In this document: positions 7,688 to 16,485 of the stretch, one piece after another
Layout: every line of letters starts with the position of its first letter
Numbering within the stretch: the first letter of the stretch is position 1
Source of the DNA: Candidatus Saganbacteria bacterium
Lineage (GTDB): Bacteria; Margulisbacteria; WOR-1; JAKLHX01
Reading direction: 5' to 3'
NCBI GenBank assembly: GCA_026387835.1
Contig: JAPLKZ010000010.1
Span: forward strand, 296,379-328,378
DNA: 32,000 nt
Notes under the pieces: generated by a model
The model's database searches: none
What the model was told of the DNA's origin: nothing
What the model saw: only the letters and a program-made list of their open reading frames with translations
Position numbers and translations under genes: made by a program

Positions 7688-8863
7688 TTATAGTGTTTTA
7701 TGTTTTTCTGCTATATTTTCTGCAAGTTCCTGTATCAGCTTATGATCATTCTCTTTAGGATATCCTTTTATTATTACCGGCTCTATCAGTTCCACTTTCA
7801 AATTAGTCAATTGTCCTGTTATTGTCTCGACAAGCTTGCTGCCCCAGCCGAATGAACCGATAAGTGAAGCAAATCTTGTCTTTGGCCTCAGAGCGTTTGC
7901 GAGATAAGCGGCATAGACCGCCAGCGGATGCGCCTGCGCAAGCACAGCAGGAGCCCCTATTACAACAGTTGCCGCATCTACTAAGGACATTGCAAGTTCT
8001 CCGATATCTGTCTTCGGGATATTGAACGGTTTTACTGTGATGCCCTTTTTAGTCAGCTCGTCCGTTAATATCTCTACCATCTTTTGGACACTGCCGTGCA
8101 TGGAAACATAGGGTATCACGACTTCATTGGCAACTTTGTCCGATATCCAGTCTTTATAAGCTTCGATTATGAACTTAGGGGTCTGATAGACCGGACCATG
8201 GCTTGGACAGATCATGTTAATTTCGTATGAGGCAAGTTTTTCAATATGGCCTTTGATACTCACTCTGAATGGCATCATTATCTCCGCATAATATCTTTTT
8301 GCGCTTTTATATACATCCGCTTCGTTCTCAACAAAAAGGCCTGACTGCGCTCTGTGGGAACCGAGAAAATCGCACGGGAATAATATCTTATCTTCTCTAA
8401 GATATGAAAATATCGTTTCCGGCCAGTGTACCCACGAAGCATGGATGAACTCCAGCGTCTTGTTCCCCAGGGAAATCGTCTCTTTATCTTTTACCGTTAT
8501 TATTCTGTCTTCAGCGGCAAGAGAAAGATCCACAAGCATCCCTTTGCACTTCTCGCTCGAGATGACCTTTGCCTTCGGGAACCATTCAAGTGCATTCGGG
8601 ATCGAACCTGAATGGTCCTGCTCGGCATGATTGCAGATGATATAATCAATATTTTTTATTCCTAAAGATGTCAGATTTTCTTTGAGGGTTGCTGTCTTTG
8701 TTGGATCGACTGTATCAATAAGAACGGTCTTTTCACTGCCCTTGATCAGATAAGAGTTATAGCTCGTGCCGTCGGGAAGCGGTATCAGCTCATCAAAAAG
8801 CCTTCTGTCCCAGTCGACCGCGCCAACCGCGAAGATATCATCTTTTATTTTCTGTGCCGCCAT
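7688..8863 (-). CDS. FprA-type flavodiiron protein (A-type flavoprotein; O2/NO reductase)
   Basis: Metallo-beta-lactamase-like IDYIICNHAEQDHSGSIP, CKGMLVD, WVHWPETIFSYLREDKILFPCDFLGSH, CPSHGPV. Flavodoxin-like SMHGSVQKM, GSFGWGSKLVE. Confidence 0.92.
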   Translation of the reverse strand: MAAQKIKDDIFAVGAVDWDRRLFDELIPLPDGTSYNSYLIKGSEKTVLIDTVDPTKTATLKENLTSLGIKNIDYIICNHAEQDHSGSIPNALEWFPKAKVISSEKCKGMLVDLSLAAEDRIITVKDKETISLGNKTLEFIHASWVHWPETIFSYLREDKILFPCDFLGSHRAQSGLFVENEADVYKSAKRYYAEIMMPFRVSIKGHIEKLASYEINMICPSHGPVYQTPKFIIEAYKDWISDKVANEVVIPYVSMHGSVQKMVEILTDELTKKGITVKPFNIPKTDIGELAMSLVDAATVVIGAPAVLAQAHPLAVYAAYLANALRPKTRFASLIGSFGWGSKLVETITGQLTNLKVELIEPVIIKGYPKENDHKLIQELAENIAEKHKTL

Positions 8864-8875
8864 TATATTGCTCCT

Positions 8876-9808
8876 TTACTTTATACCTAATATTATAAGC
8901 CACACAGGCAGGTATATCACCGAAAGAACTGAAGAAATGATCGTCAGCGTCGCGATCAAACCTTTGTAAAAATCATACCTTTCACTGAACACTATCATTG
9001 ATACCGCGACCGGCATTGCGTTCATGAGCAATGCAATGTTTTTTTCTGGCCCATTAAGGTTGAAATATACGCATGCCGCCAGTGCAACCAGTGGCAGAAT
9101 AATTATTCTGAGAAGGCTCAGCACAAACGCGGCAGGGACGCTTTCAAGTCTTTTGCCGAACATGACCATGCCCAGCATGAACAGGGCCACGGTCGCTGTG
9201 GTGCCGCCAAGCATATGAAGCGTCTGGGAAAGAGGAGAAAACATCCTCACTTTTAAAAGCGCCATGATAAACCCGGCGAAGATGGATATTATAAGAGGGT
9301 TCTTGTAAAATACCGAGATCAGCCTTTTTATTCCGCCCAAAAAGGATATCCGCCCCATTTTATACAGTTCCAGTACCAGCACAGTCAAAATAACGCCCGG
9401 TATCGCGATCGCGGCGACAGACAGGACCGCCAATTTCTCCGCGACCAGCGTTGGGAACGCGAACATAATAAAAGGGATCCCGAAAAATGCCGTGCTCCCG
9501 AAGGCAGTACAGAATATCAGAAGATAGAGAAGTTCCTTTTTGAACCTGAAGATTAAGAATAATAATAAATAGAAGGCGGCAATGATCATTGTCGGCAGAG
9601 CGCAAGCGATCATAAAATTGAGCGTACTCTGGTTAAATTCGGTTTCGGCAATGTTTACGAACAGAAGCGCCGGAAGCGCAAAATAATAAACATAGGAACT
9701 GAAAGATCTGTCATCTTCCTTCTTGAATATCTTAAATGCTTTTGACAGATACCCCAGAAGTATCAGCAAAATTATCGGCAGCAATGTCCTTATGATTATC
9801 TCTGCCAT
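8876..9808 (-). CDS. AEC (auxin efflux carrier) family transporter
   Basis: Multi-TM permease with LPALLFVNIAETEF, GSTAFFGIPFI, PLSQTLHMLGGTTATVALFMLGMVM, LLMNAMPVAVSMIVFSERYD. Confidence 0.85.
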   Translation of the reverse strand: MAEIIIRTLLPIILLILLGYLSKAFKIFKKEDDRSFSSYVYYFALPALLFVNIAETEFNQSTLNFMIACALPTMIIAAFYLLLFLIFRFKKELLYLLIFCTAFGSTAFFGIPFIMFAFPTLVAEKLAVLSVAAIAIPGVILTVLVLELYKMGRISFLGGIKRLISVFYKNPLIISIFAGFIMALLKVRMFSPLSQTLHMLGGTTATVALFMLGMVMFGKRLESVPAAFVLSLLRIIILPLVALAACVYFNLNGPEKNIALLMNAMPVAVSMIVFSERYDFYKGLIATLTIISSVLSVIYLPVWLIILGIK

Positions 9809-9820
9809 AGATTTCCCGTT

Positions 9821-10342
9821 TCAGCTCTTCAGCTCTTCAGCGCTAATATATGTCGGCGCCGTTTTCGGGGATTTTCCTTTTAAATACTCATGATAATAGG
9901 AATATGTCATTGGTTCTTTATCGGATAACACCCTTGAATCTGTGATCTCGCCGATGAATAGCGTATGTGTCCCGACATCAAGAGATTTTACAACCTTTCC
10001 TTCAAGGCTTGCGACGGCAAAATCAAGCACGATAGGAACTTTTGAGGTGCCTGTTTCATATTTTGTATCCTTAAATTTATCGGTATCTCTTCCACTTTTA
10101 AATCCGAACTTCCCGATGAATATCATCGGAGTTTCCTGCGACAGGACCGAGACAGAAAATATTCCGCTTGAAGAGATGAATTCATGTGTCAGGTTCTGTT
10201 TATTTATACAAACCGCTATCTGCACTGGCTCCGACGTCACCTGGAATACCGTGTCGGCTATCTGACCGTTGATGTTGCCGTCTTTAGTCGAACAGACGAC
10301 ATACATGCCGTATGACAATTTACGAAGGGCTGAAGTGTCCAT
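9821..10342 (-). CDS. Flavin reductase-like domain protein (flavoredoxin/FMN-binding split barrel)
   Basis: ALRKLSYGMYVVCSTKDGNINGQIADTVFQVTSEPVQIAVCINKQNLTHEFISSSGIFSVSVLSQ..., GTHTLFIGEITD. Confidence 0.88.
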   Translation of the reverse strand: MDTSALRKLSYGMYVVCSTKDGNINGQIADTVFQVTSEPVQIAVCINKQNLTHEFISSSGIFSVSVLSQETPMIFIGKFGFKSGRDTDKFKDTKYETGTSKVPIVLDFAVASLEGKVVKSLDVGTHTLFIGEITDSRVLSDKEPMTYSYYHEYLKGKSPKTAPTYISAEELKS

Positions 10343-10400
10343 GGATATATTTTACTACATAAGATGGCGGCATTGAGTATTAACGGCGGGTTATTTATTT

Positions 10401-10436
10401 CCAACAAAAAGGCCCTGTTTTTTAAGCAGAGCCTTT
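10401..10436 (-). terminator. Rho-independent terminator for the minus-strand sugar cluster
   Basis: Minus strand AAAGGCTCTG-CTTAAAAAA-CAGGGCCTTT then TTGTTGG: 10-position stem with one mismatch and a T-rich tail. Lies 57 nt beyond the isomerase stop. Confidence 0.8.
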
Positions 10437-10492
10437 CGTTTAACTTACGGACACGACAGAGAGGGCAGGTGTAGTCGCGCCCGCGTTGGGAC

Positions 10493-11848
10493 TTAATTTT
10501 CCGTCGCGTCCAGCCCCGCAACGATCTTCTCGAACTTCGCCATCGCCTTTGTGCCTTCCGGAGTACCGGCCCTTCTTATGGCCAAGAGGTACCACTGCAG
10601 CGCAGCGTTGCCTCCGCCCATCTGATCATTTACCGCTTTCATCAGTTTTTCATGCGGATGCCTTCTTGCCTGACTGAATGCAGCTGTCAGCTGAGTATAA
10701 TTGATATCCAGGGCCTCGCTTAATGGCATTCTTAGTGGGTTGATGTCCGGCGTATTCACGCCTTTGTATCCTGCCATCTGAAGCGCCCATGCAATCGGTT
10801 CGATCATATCAAATTCATAAGCCCCTACGTTGTCATCGATATCATAATTTCCTTTCGGCTGACCGTTCCAGTGTATGCAGAACAACCTTGAATCCATCAG
10901 GCAATCCATGAATGCAGCTGGCAGATTTTCAAATCCCATCTGCATGTGTCCGATCTCCGGGGTCATTCCTACCATTCTGATCCCATGATCAAGCAATGCC
11001 CTGTTGGTTGAACTGGTAAGCCTTAATTCAATTGCCCTGGCAAATGTCAGTCCTTTTGCCGTGGAATCCATATGGTTAACGCCTCTTGGCTCATATGGTT
11101 TCGGTTCCTTTGTAGCCTGCTGCCCGGGCACCGCATCCATTGCATCTGCTGTCGCACCGGCTATCATATCCCTGACCCATTTGTAGTTGCAACCGAATGT
11201 ATTTTCTACCCCGTCTATACCATACCAGTGGTTTACGGTCGGGATCCCCAAAAGATCTGCCATCTGGAAAGTTTCAAGCTGCCTTCTTCTGGCAAATTCC
11301 CTTATCGCCTTGTTCGTGTTGGTCAAGGAGCCGTGCTGGAAGATCGCATCAGCAAAAAGGAGAGGAACTATCGAATCCACCCCAATGCCGGTTTTTTGCA
11401 TCATCTCTACCCATTTTACAACGTTTTGAGGACCAAGCTCTCCTGGATAGTGGCACTGCAGGGATATTTTAACGCCGATTTGTTTCTGCATCGCTGCCGT
11501 TCTCTCAAAGATCCACTGAACCCACTGGTCGCTCCCTTTCTCACCGCCGCAGAGTTCCTTTACATCTTCGTATCCGGCATGGAATCTTGTTCCGCTCTTT
11601 GGATAATACCAGACGCCCGCCGAAGCATTAAGCGGGATCTCATGTGTCGACATTAATTTGATCCGATCTTTCCCTGTTAATGCTAAATTAACCGCCTGAT
11701 GCCTTGTATCGATCACCTCTCTGTCCGCTACAAAACGCATCCCCAATCTTTGTCTTAGGGGTGCATTTACTTCTCTTACATTTGCCGGAAGCCCCAATGC
11801 TTTCGCGCTTATTTCTGATGGTGCCGGGATCACTAATTTAACTCCCAT
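10493..11848 (-). CDS. Xylose isomerase-like TIM-barrel sugar isomerase (substrate unresolved)
   Basis: EPKPYEPRG, MTPEIGHMQM, FCIHWNGQPKGNYDIDD and AGYKGVNTPDINP align with class I XylA motifs (EPKPNEPRG, NPEVGHEQM, FHIDLNGQ...YDQD, GYEG..HFDFKP). Confidence 0.72.
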   Translation of the reverse strand: MGVKLVIPAPSEISAKALGLPANVREVNAPLRQRLGMRFVADREVIDTRHQAVNLALTGKDRIKLMSTHEIPLNASAGVWYYPKSGTRFHAGYEDVKELCGGEKGSDQWVQWIFERTAAMQKQIGVKISLQCHYPGELGPQNVVKWVEMMQKTGIGVDSIVPLLFADAIFQHGSLTNTNKAIREFARRRQLETFQMADLLGIPTVNHWYGIDGVENTFGCNYKWVRDMIAGATADAMDAVPGQQATKEPKPYEPRGVNHMDSTAKGLTFARAIELRLTSSTNRALLDHGIRMVGMTPEIGHMQMGFENLPAAFMDCLMDSRLFCIHWNGQPKGNYDIDDNVGAYEFDMIEPIAWALQMAGYKGVNTPDINPLRMPLSEALDINYTQLTAAFSQARRHPHEKLMKAVNDQMGGGNAALQWYLLAIRRAGTPEGTKAMAKFEKIVAGLDATEN

Positions 11849-11966
11849 TGTTCCTTCTCCTTATTTATAATTTATCTTTCGGGTTTCATATGAAGACCTC
11901 ACAAAAAATCTTTTTATTTTGGATTTGTTCCCTCCTTTTCAATTATTATATCTGCTTCGAAAACTC

Positions 11967-12003
11967 TACATTCTTCTATCGAACGCCTTTTCCGGAAATT
12001 TCA
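11967..12003 (-). promoter_or_regulatory. Conserved 37-nt upstream motif, copy A (before the isomerase)
   Basis: Minus strand TGAAATTTC-CGGAAAAGGCGTT-CGATAGA-AGAA-TGTA. Confidence 0.7.
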
Positions 12004-13167
12004 CTTCATTTTTGACAGCAGGTATTTTTCGACCAGAGCCTTCGGGTCATTGACCTGATCTGTCTGTATTGCGTCAATAAAAAGTTTTGCCGGATAAAAT
12101 GTGTTCTTGGGCCTGGCCGTTTCAAATGTATCGATGCCGGACAACTGCGCCAGCGCGACTGACTTTTGTATCCCCAGAGGAAATGGGGTGTTGGACGGCT
12201 CGAGCCCCAACACCTGAGTCCTGGGTATTTTCCCGTCTGTTGACCACGGTGTCGCTGTCTTTGATCTGTTCTCTATCCACCTTGCCAAGAACGGCGCATC
12301 CTCTCTTTTCCATGCTGCCATCATCGCTATTCCGAGCTTCGGGTTGTGAAGAAGGAACCATGCGTATTTCAGGTCCTTGGGAAATACCTGGGCAGTAAAA
12401 TCACTCTGCGACATTATGTTTTCGGCCGGGCTGAACGTCGACAGGTTTATGAGCGCTCCTGTCTTGCACAATCCAAAAGGCCAGACTTCTTCACCGCCTT
12501 CTTTCAGGAACTGGCTTGCGCCTCCGAAATCACCCGGAAAATTATGCACGCTTGTCCCATACGGGAGATAAAGTCTGGATGCGAGAGCGAAAGCGCCGAA
12601 ATTCATGTGTTCCGCCCATGTGATATTCTTATTTTTGTCGTCCTTGTTCTCGCATGATGTGCATATTTCAACAGATGTTCCTCCGGGAACGAACTGGAAT
12701 CTTCTTGCCACGGACCAGCCGGTTATAGGTAGTTCCGCCTGAAGGACCATTGCTGTTTCACCAGAAAGGGACCTGTTTAATGTCCATGGAACAATGTTAG
12801 CTTCGCTGTGCAGTCCACCTGTTTCTTCCATCTTTCCCGGGCCGAATGCCGGAAAGCAGAACGATGAGCCTCCGACTGACGCGCAGCGTTTCCTCACGTC
12901 CCTGCCGCCGTACTCGTCGAAAGCGGGATCGTCCAGCCCGACTTGTTGCGGATCATGCAGTTCCCACGGCGCTTGCCAGAGTATATTTGTCAATTCTCCA
13001 TTCCTGTTAAGGACGCTATAACGTCCGATATTGCCGCCGCCTGCAAAAACGGAAAATTCCATGGCAAGCGCGTTTGAAAGAAACCCTTTCGGTCGGAATG
13101 ATTGTGCCCGGAATCCTATCCTCGCTCTAAATGTATCGCCTGAAGAAAAATCTATCCTATTTCCCAT
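12001..13167 (-). CDS. Galactose mutarotase-like / aldose epimerase-like protein
   Basis: MGNRIDFSSGDTFRARIGFRAQ..., ITWAEHMNFGAFAL, HNPKLGIAMMAAWKREDAPFLARWIE. Overall arrangement of mutarotase-superfamily proteins. Start taken at 13167 (AAAAGGAGTAATTATG). Confidence 0.6.
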   Translation of the reverse strand: MGNRIDFSSGDTFRARIGFRAQSFRPKGFLSNALAMEFSVFAGGGNIGRYSVLNRNGELTNILWQAPWELHDPQQVGLDDPAFDEYGGRDVRKRCASVGGSSFCFPAFGPGKMEETGGLHSEANIVPWTLNRSLSGETAMVLQAELPITGWSVARRFQFVPGGTSVEICTSCENKDDKNKNITWAEHMNFGAFALASRLYLPYGTSVHNFPGDFGGASQFLKEGGEEVWPFGLCKTGALINLSTFSPAENIMSQSDFTAQVFPKDLKYAWFLLHNPKLGIAMMAAWKREDAPFLARWIENRSKTATPWSTDGKIPRTQVLGLEPSNTPFPLGIQKSVALAQLSGIDTFETARPKNTFYPAKLFIDAIQTDQVNDPKALVEKYLLSKMK

Positions 13168-13224
13168 AATTACTCCTTTTCTTTTAATTATTATTGATTT
13201 GAAGCCACCGATTTGCACGATTTC

Positions 13225-14841
13225 CTATTTCGATGCTGCATGGGCTTTTACAAGATCTGCCCACGGTCCTTTGTCGTTCGTCGGACAATAAGTAATATTT
13301 TCCGATCCTTTTTCCAGCATATCCATTACTTGGTCACTTTCATACCCCGAGCCTATGAGCAGGGTCGCGGCATTGCCTATCGGGGCAAGAGCTTGAAAAG
13401 TTGTTGTCACGTTCATCTGTGTTACGTTCGCAAGCGCTTGTAGCATCATACGATCGTTGATCAGGCCGCCTCCCACTATGATCCCGTCCGGTGTCCGGCC
13501 GTATAATTCATTCGTCAACGCCGCGTTCTGCCCAACCGCTTTCCCCATCGCGAGCACCATTCCCAGTACAACGCTTTTAACGATCTCGGCCTGGGTGGTC
13601 GGGGCTTCCTGACCAGTATCTGAACAGAATTGTTTTACCGGGCTGATCACCGGCCCGCCTTGCCTGTATAAGAATTTTGGGCTCATGATATCTATGACCG
13701 CGGCTCCGGTATCAGGGTTATGCACACCTGCAAATAATCTTTTGAACCTGTCAGTCTGGTCTTTCAGGCCAAGTTCCGCCAGCAATGAATCTATCAGCAT
13801 TGTTCCCATCACGTTCATGACGCCAAAAGTCGCCGCTGTCCCGCCTTCAACGCCGATCTTATGTTTGTAAAGGATTTTAATCGTCTCGTCTTCAAGCCCT
13901 ACGGCATCGATAAGCGAGCATACAAGGCTCCAGGTGCCCGTAGATATGAACACATTATTACCGGTGGATAGATATTTCAGCGCGGCCACCGCACCGGCCG
14001 TGTCGTGCAATCCTGCCAGGACGACCTCGGCCTTATCGCATCCCATATCATTTAAGATCTCGGGCCTTACATCGCCCATTGACGTGCCGGTCGGCAGAAT
14101 CATCGGAAAAGCCGATACCGGTATGTCGAGCGTGTCTAAGAGCTGCTGGTTCCATCTAAGGCCGTCCCTTTTTGCACAGTTGAACACCCTGGCAAAGCTT
14201 TCTTCGGTTGCATGAACGCCTGTTAGAAAATGGTTCAGTACGTCCGGGGTCCCAAATATTCTTGCATCAGAAGGGATCTTATGTCCGGAAATTGATATGG
14301 CCGCAAGATGGAATAGATTGTATACTGTCTGCCATCCCTGTCCTGCAGACTGGCTGTGTATCATTTTAAATGCTTTTTCAAGATCACCGCCTGCGATCAT
14401 ATCCGCGATATACTGCGCTCCGGCGCTTTGACCGGGATGCGTGTACATCGTAAGCGGCGTATGGATGCTCCCGTCACCGTTCAAAATTTCAAACCCCGCA
14501 CCAAAAGTATTTACCGCGATCGTCCTCGGAATAGAACGGTCGTATCGCCGGCTCACATCGAAAAGACTTTCACTGAAACCTTTCAGAAGTCCCGCCTTAT
14601 CGATCATATGGTCTGTCACAGTAAAGGGAAATGTCGCGACTCTCTCTTTTTGAACAAAAGAGAGCTGTCCGTCTGCATTGTGGACCTCAACTGTCAGCCA
14701 TCTTCCTGTACCTGAAGCTCCAAGATCTCCGATTATCAACAATCTTTCAGGGCGCTGTTCACCGTGCATTGCTGATGGTGCTGTTTTAGGCAGGACCACG
14801 GGTGCGGTCAGTCTTATATTCCTTATTAACGGTGTTGCCAT
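13225..14841 (-). CDS. FGGY-family carbohydrate kinase (rhamnulokinase-like)
   Basis: LLIIGDLGASGTGRWL, AVNTFGAGFEIL, LAGLHDTAGAVAAL, NNVFISTGTWSLVCS, GRTPDGIIVGGGLINDRMMLQALANV. Confidence 0.85.
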   Translation of the reverse strand: MATPLIRNIRLTAPVVLPKTAPSAMHGEQRPERLLIIGDLGASGTGRWLTVEVHNADGQLSFVQKERVATFPFTVTDHMIDKAGLLKGFSESLFDVSRRYDRSIPRTIAVNTFGAGFEILNGDGSIHTPLTMYTHPGQSAGAQYIADMIAGGDLEKAFKMIHSQSAGQGWQTVYNLFHLAAISISGHKIPSDARIFGTPDVLNHFLTGVHATEESFARVFNCAKRDGLRWNQQLLDTLDIPVSAFPMILPTGTSMGDVRPEILNDMGCDKAEVVLAGLHDTAGAVAALKYLSTGNNVFISTGTWSLVCSLIDAVGLEDETIKILYKHKIGVEGGTAATFGVMNVMGTMLIDSLLAELGLKDQTDRFKRLFAGVHNPDTGAAVIDIMSPKFLYRQGGPVISPVKQFCSDTGQEAPTTQAEIVKSVVLGMVLAMGKAVGQNAALTNELYGRTPDGIIVGGGLINDRMMLQALANVTQMNVTTTFQALAPIGNAATLLIGSGYESDQVMDMLEKGSENITYCPTNDKGPWADLVKAHAASK

Positions 14842-14864
14842 GTTCTTTTCTCCTTTTTGTCATC

Positions 14865-14901
14865 CACAGGATCTTATCGATACGATATTCCCCAAATTTC
14901 A
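14865..14901 (-). promoter_or_regulatory. Conserved 37-nt upstream motif, copy B (before the FGGY kinase)
   Basis: Minus strand TGAAATTTG-GGGAATATCGTAT-CGATAAG-ATCC-TGTG (most divergent copy, same spacing). Confidence 0.55.
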
Positions 14902-14916
14902 CGCAATTGTTAATTC

Positions 14917-16344
14917 TTACGATTCCGAGATCACTTCATCTGCGCCTGCAGACGGTTTTGCCTCAAAAAATTCGGGCTCATAGATATCCGGATAACCTGC
15001 TTCTCGCTGTTTTTGCACATATGATCGTGCTATCTCTGCTTGCGTCTCCGGGGTCATATGTTCCGGAAGGGCGACTCCTGACAGGAATCCTCCCCCTCCT
15101 CCTCCCATCATCTTCCACGCAAATGAAAACGACTGCTTTTGGAATTCACGCGAACCTTTTATGGCTTCCGCAGTCGCCTGCCTTAAAAGATCAAGGTATA
15201 GCCTTTCCTGAACTTTCCCATCCGCATCTCTGACAAGGGTCGCACTCACCCGGAATTTACCGGTCATTGAAAGCTCATCTCCTTCTTCATTGATCGCTTC
15301 CAGGCATCCCATAATATTATTTGCACGAAGGTTCCGGATAAATCTCAAAACCCTTGCCCTTTCCTGCACGACATAGATCGCCCGCATAAGCATATCCGCC
15401 CTTGCGCGGGCATCATATTTTGAAGAACCTTCTCCCGCAGATTTTGCCGCCCTGTGCATTGCTGCATCAAAGTCTCTTCTTTTTGTCGCTGTCAGACTGA
15501 TGATCTGGTTTTCCGAGTAAGCCGAGACATGCAATCCCTTTCCCGCAGGGACTTTAAATATTGTGGGCAGAAGTCTTCCAAGCCGTTCAAGTTCCCCCCT
15601 GCGTTCCATATAATATGTTCCGCCGAGGCCTCTTGCCACGCCGCTGTTGATGAGGTAAAAACCGTAACCGGCATTTGTCAATGGCGACAGGTCGACTGTT
15701 GTTATCTTTGAAAGATCGCCGAAATTTATTAATATTGCCTTGTTCTTCCCGCTGAATAAAGATGCCATCTGGTCAAGCAGCCCGCATTTTACCCGTACAT
15801 ACGGAGAATGCTCTGCTGCCTGGGCCAGATGGGCGATCTCGGTTTTTGATTTGTTCCAGCCGAATACAGCGTTCAATGCGAGGTTCATCCCCACGCAAAG
15901 CGCGGCCGATGCTGAGGCTCCTTTCCCGATAAGGCCGGCGCTGTTACCACTGATCTGGATCCGCATACCTCCCAAGGGCAGTTTGTTTGAAAGAGCTGTG
16001 CTGAAAATACCGAGCATGTATTTGCCCCATGGATCTGACGGGTTTTTGGGAGCTTCCGGCGGATGTTCCAGGGCAAAAGAAAATTCCGGTTCTTTCATTG
16101 CCGGCGAATGGATCTCCACCTTGTTGGTGCCCGGCGTCGGCGCAACGGCAATAACCGTCCTGAACGGAAGGCCAAATGCTATCGTAAGATTTGTGCCGTC
16201 TCCTTCTATTACGGAATAATCAACATGGTCCCCTATCGGCACCGCCCTCAGGGGCGCGGAAAATATCCTTTGCGGGGGGGTCTTAAACCTTCCCGCGAAT
16301 GTACTCTGGATCTGCCTGAATTCAGCTTTCGGTATAATAAACAT
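14917..16344 (-). CDS. GHMP-family sugar kinase (galactokinase-like)
   Basis: FSAPLRAVPIGDHVDY (galactokinase-type GRVNLIGEHTDY region), SGNSAGLIGKGASASAALCVGMNLALN, KCGLLDQMASLFSGKNKAILINF, WKMMGGGGGGFLSGV. Confidence 0.82.
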   Translation of the reverse strand: MFIIPKAEFRQIQSTFAGRFKTPPQRIFSAPLRAVPIGDHVDYSVIEGDGTNLTIAFGLPFRTVIAVAPTPGTNKVEIHSPAMKEPEFSFALEHPPEAPKNPSDPWGKYMLGIFSTALSNKLPLGGMRIQISGNSAGLIGKGASASAALCVGMNLALNAVFGWNKSKTEIAHLAQAAEHSPYVRVKCGLLDQMASLFSGKNKAILINFGDLSKITTVDLSPLTNAGYGFYLINSGVARGLGGTYYMERRGELERLGRLLPTIFKVPAGKGLHVSAYSENQIISLTATKRRDFDAAMHRAAKSAGEGSSKYDARARADMLMRAIYVVQERARVLRFIRNLRANNIMGCLEAINEEGDELSMTGKFRVSATLVRDADGKVQERLYLDLLRQATAEAIKGSREFQKQSFSFAWKMMGGGGGGFLSGVALPEHMTPETQAEIARSYVQKQREAGYPDIYEPEFFEAKPSAGADEVISES

Positions 16345-16385
16345 TTTGTGCCCTCAGATCTTATCTCGCAAATATACAAAACTAT

Positions 16386-16422
16386 TACAACAATCTATCG
16401 GATGATATTTTGGGAAATTTCA
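16386..16422 (-). promoter_or_regulatory. Conserved 37-nt upstream motif, copy C (before the GHMP kinase)
   Basis: Minus strand TGAAATTTC-CCAAAATATCATC-CGATAGA-TTGT-TGTA, followed by ATAGTTTTG. Confidence 0.8.
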
Positions 16423-16485
16423 GTGAATTTTTAAATTCTTTTTTCTGGCAAGGTCGGCGGCAAAAGAAAAATATTTTTCTTTTTT

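Noticed and set aside
10258-10521. 87-aa minus ORF between flavin reductase and the isomerase
   Set aside because: It spans the rho-independent terminator and overlaps both neighbouring genes out of frame.
11004-16434. Numerous plus-strand ORFs (11072..11656, 12346..12657, 13685..13870, 13934..14215, 14356..14715, 15740..16219 and others)
   Set aside because: All are antisense to the well-supported sugar cluster genes. Ser/Pro-rich shadows of high-GC minus-strand coding sequence.
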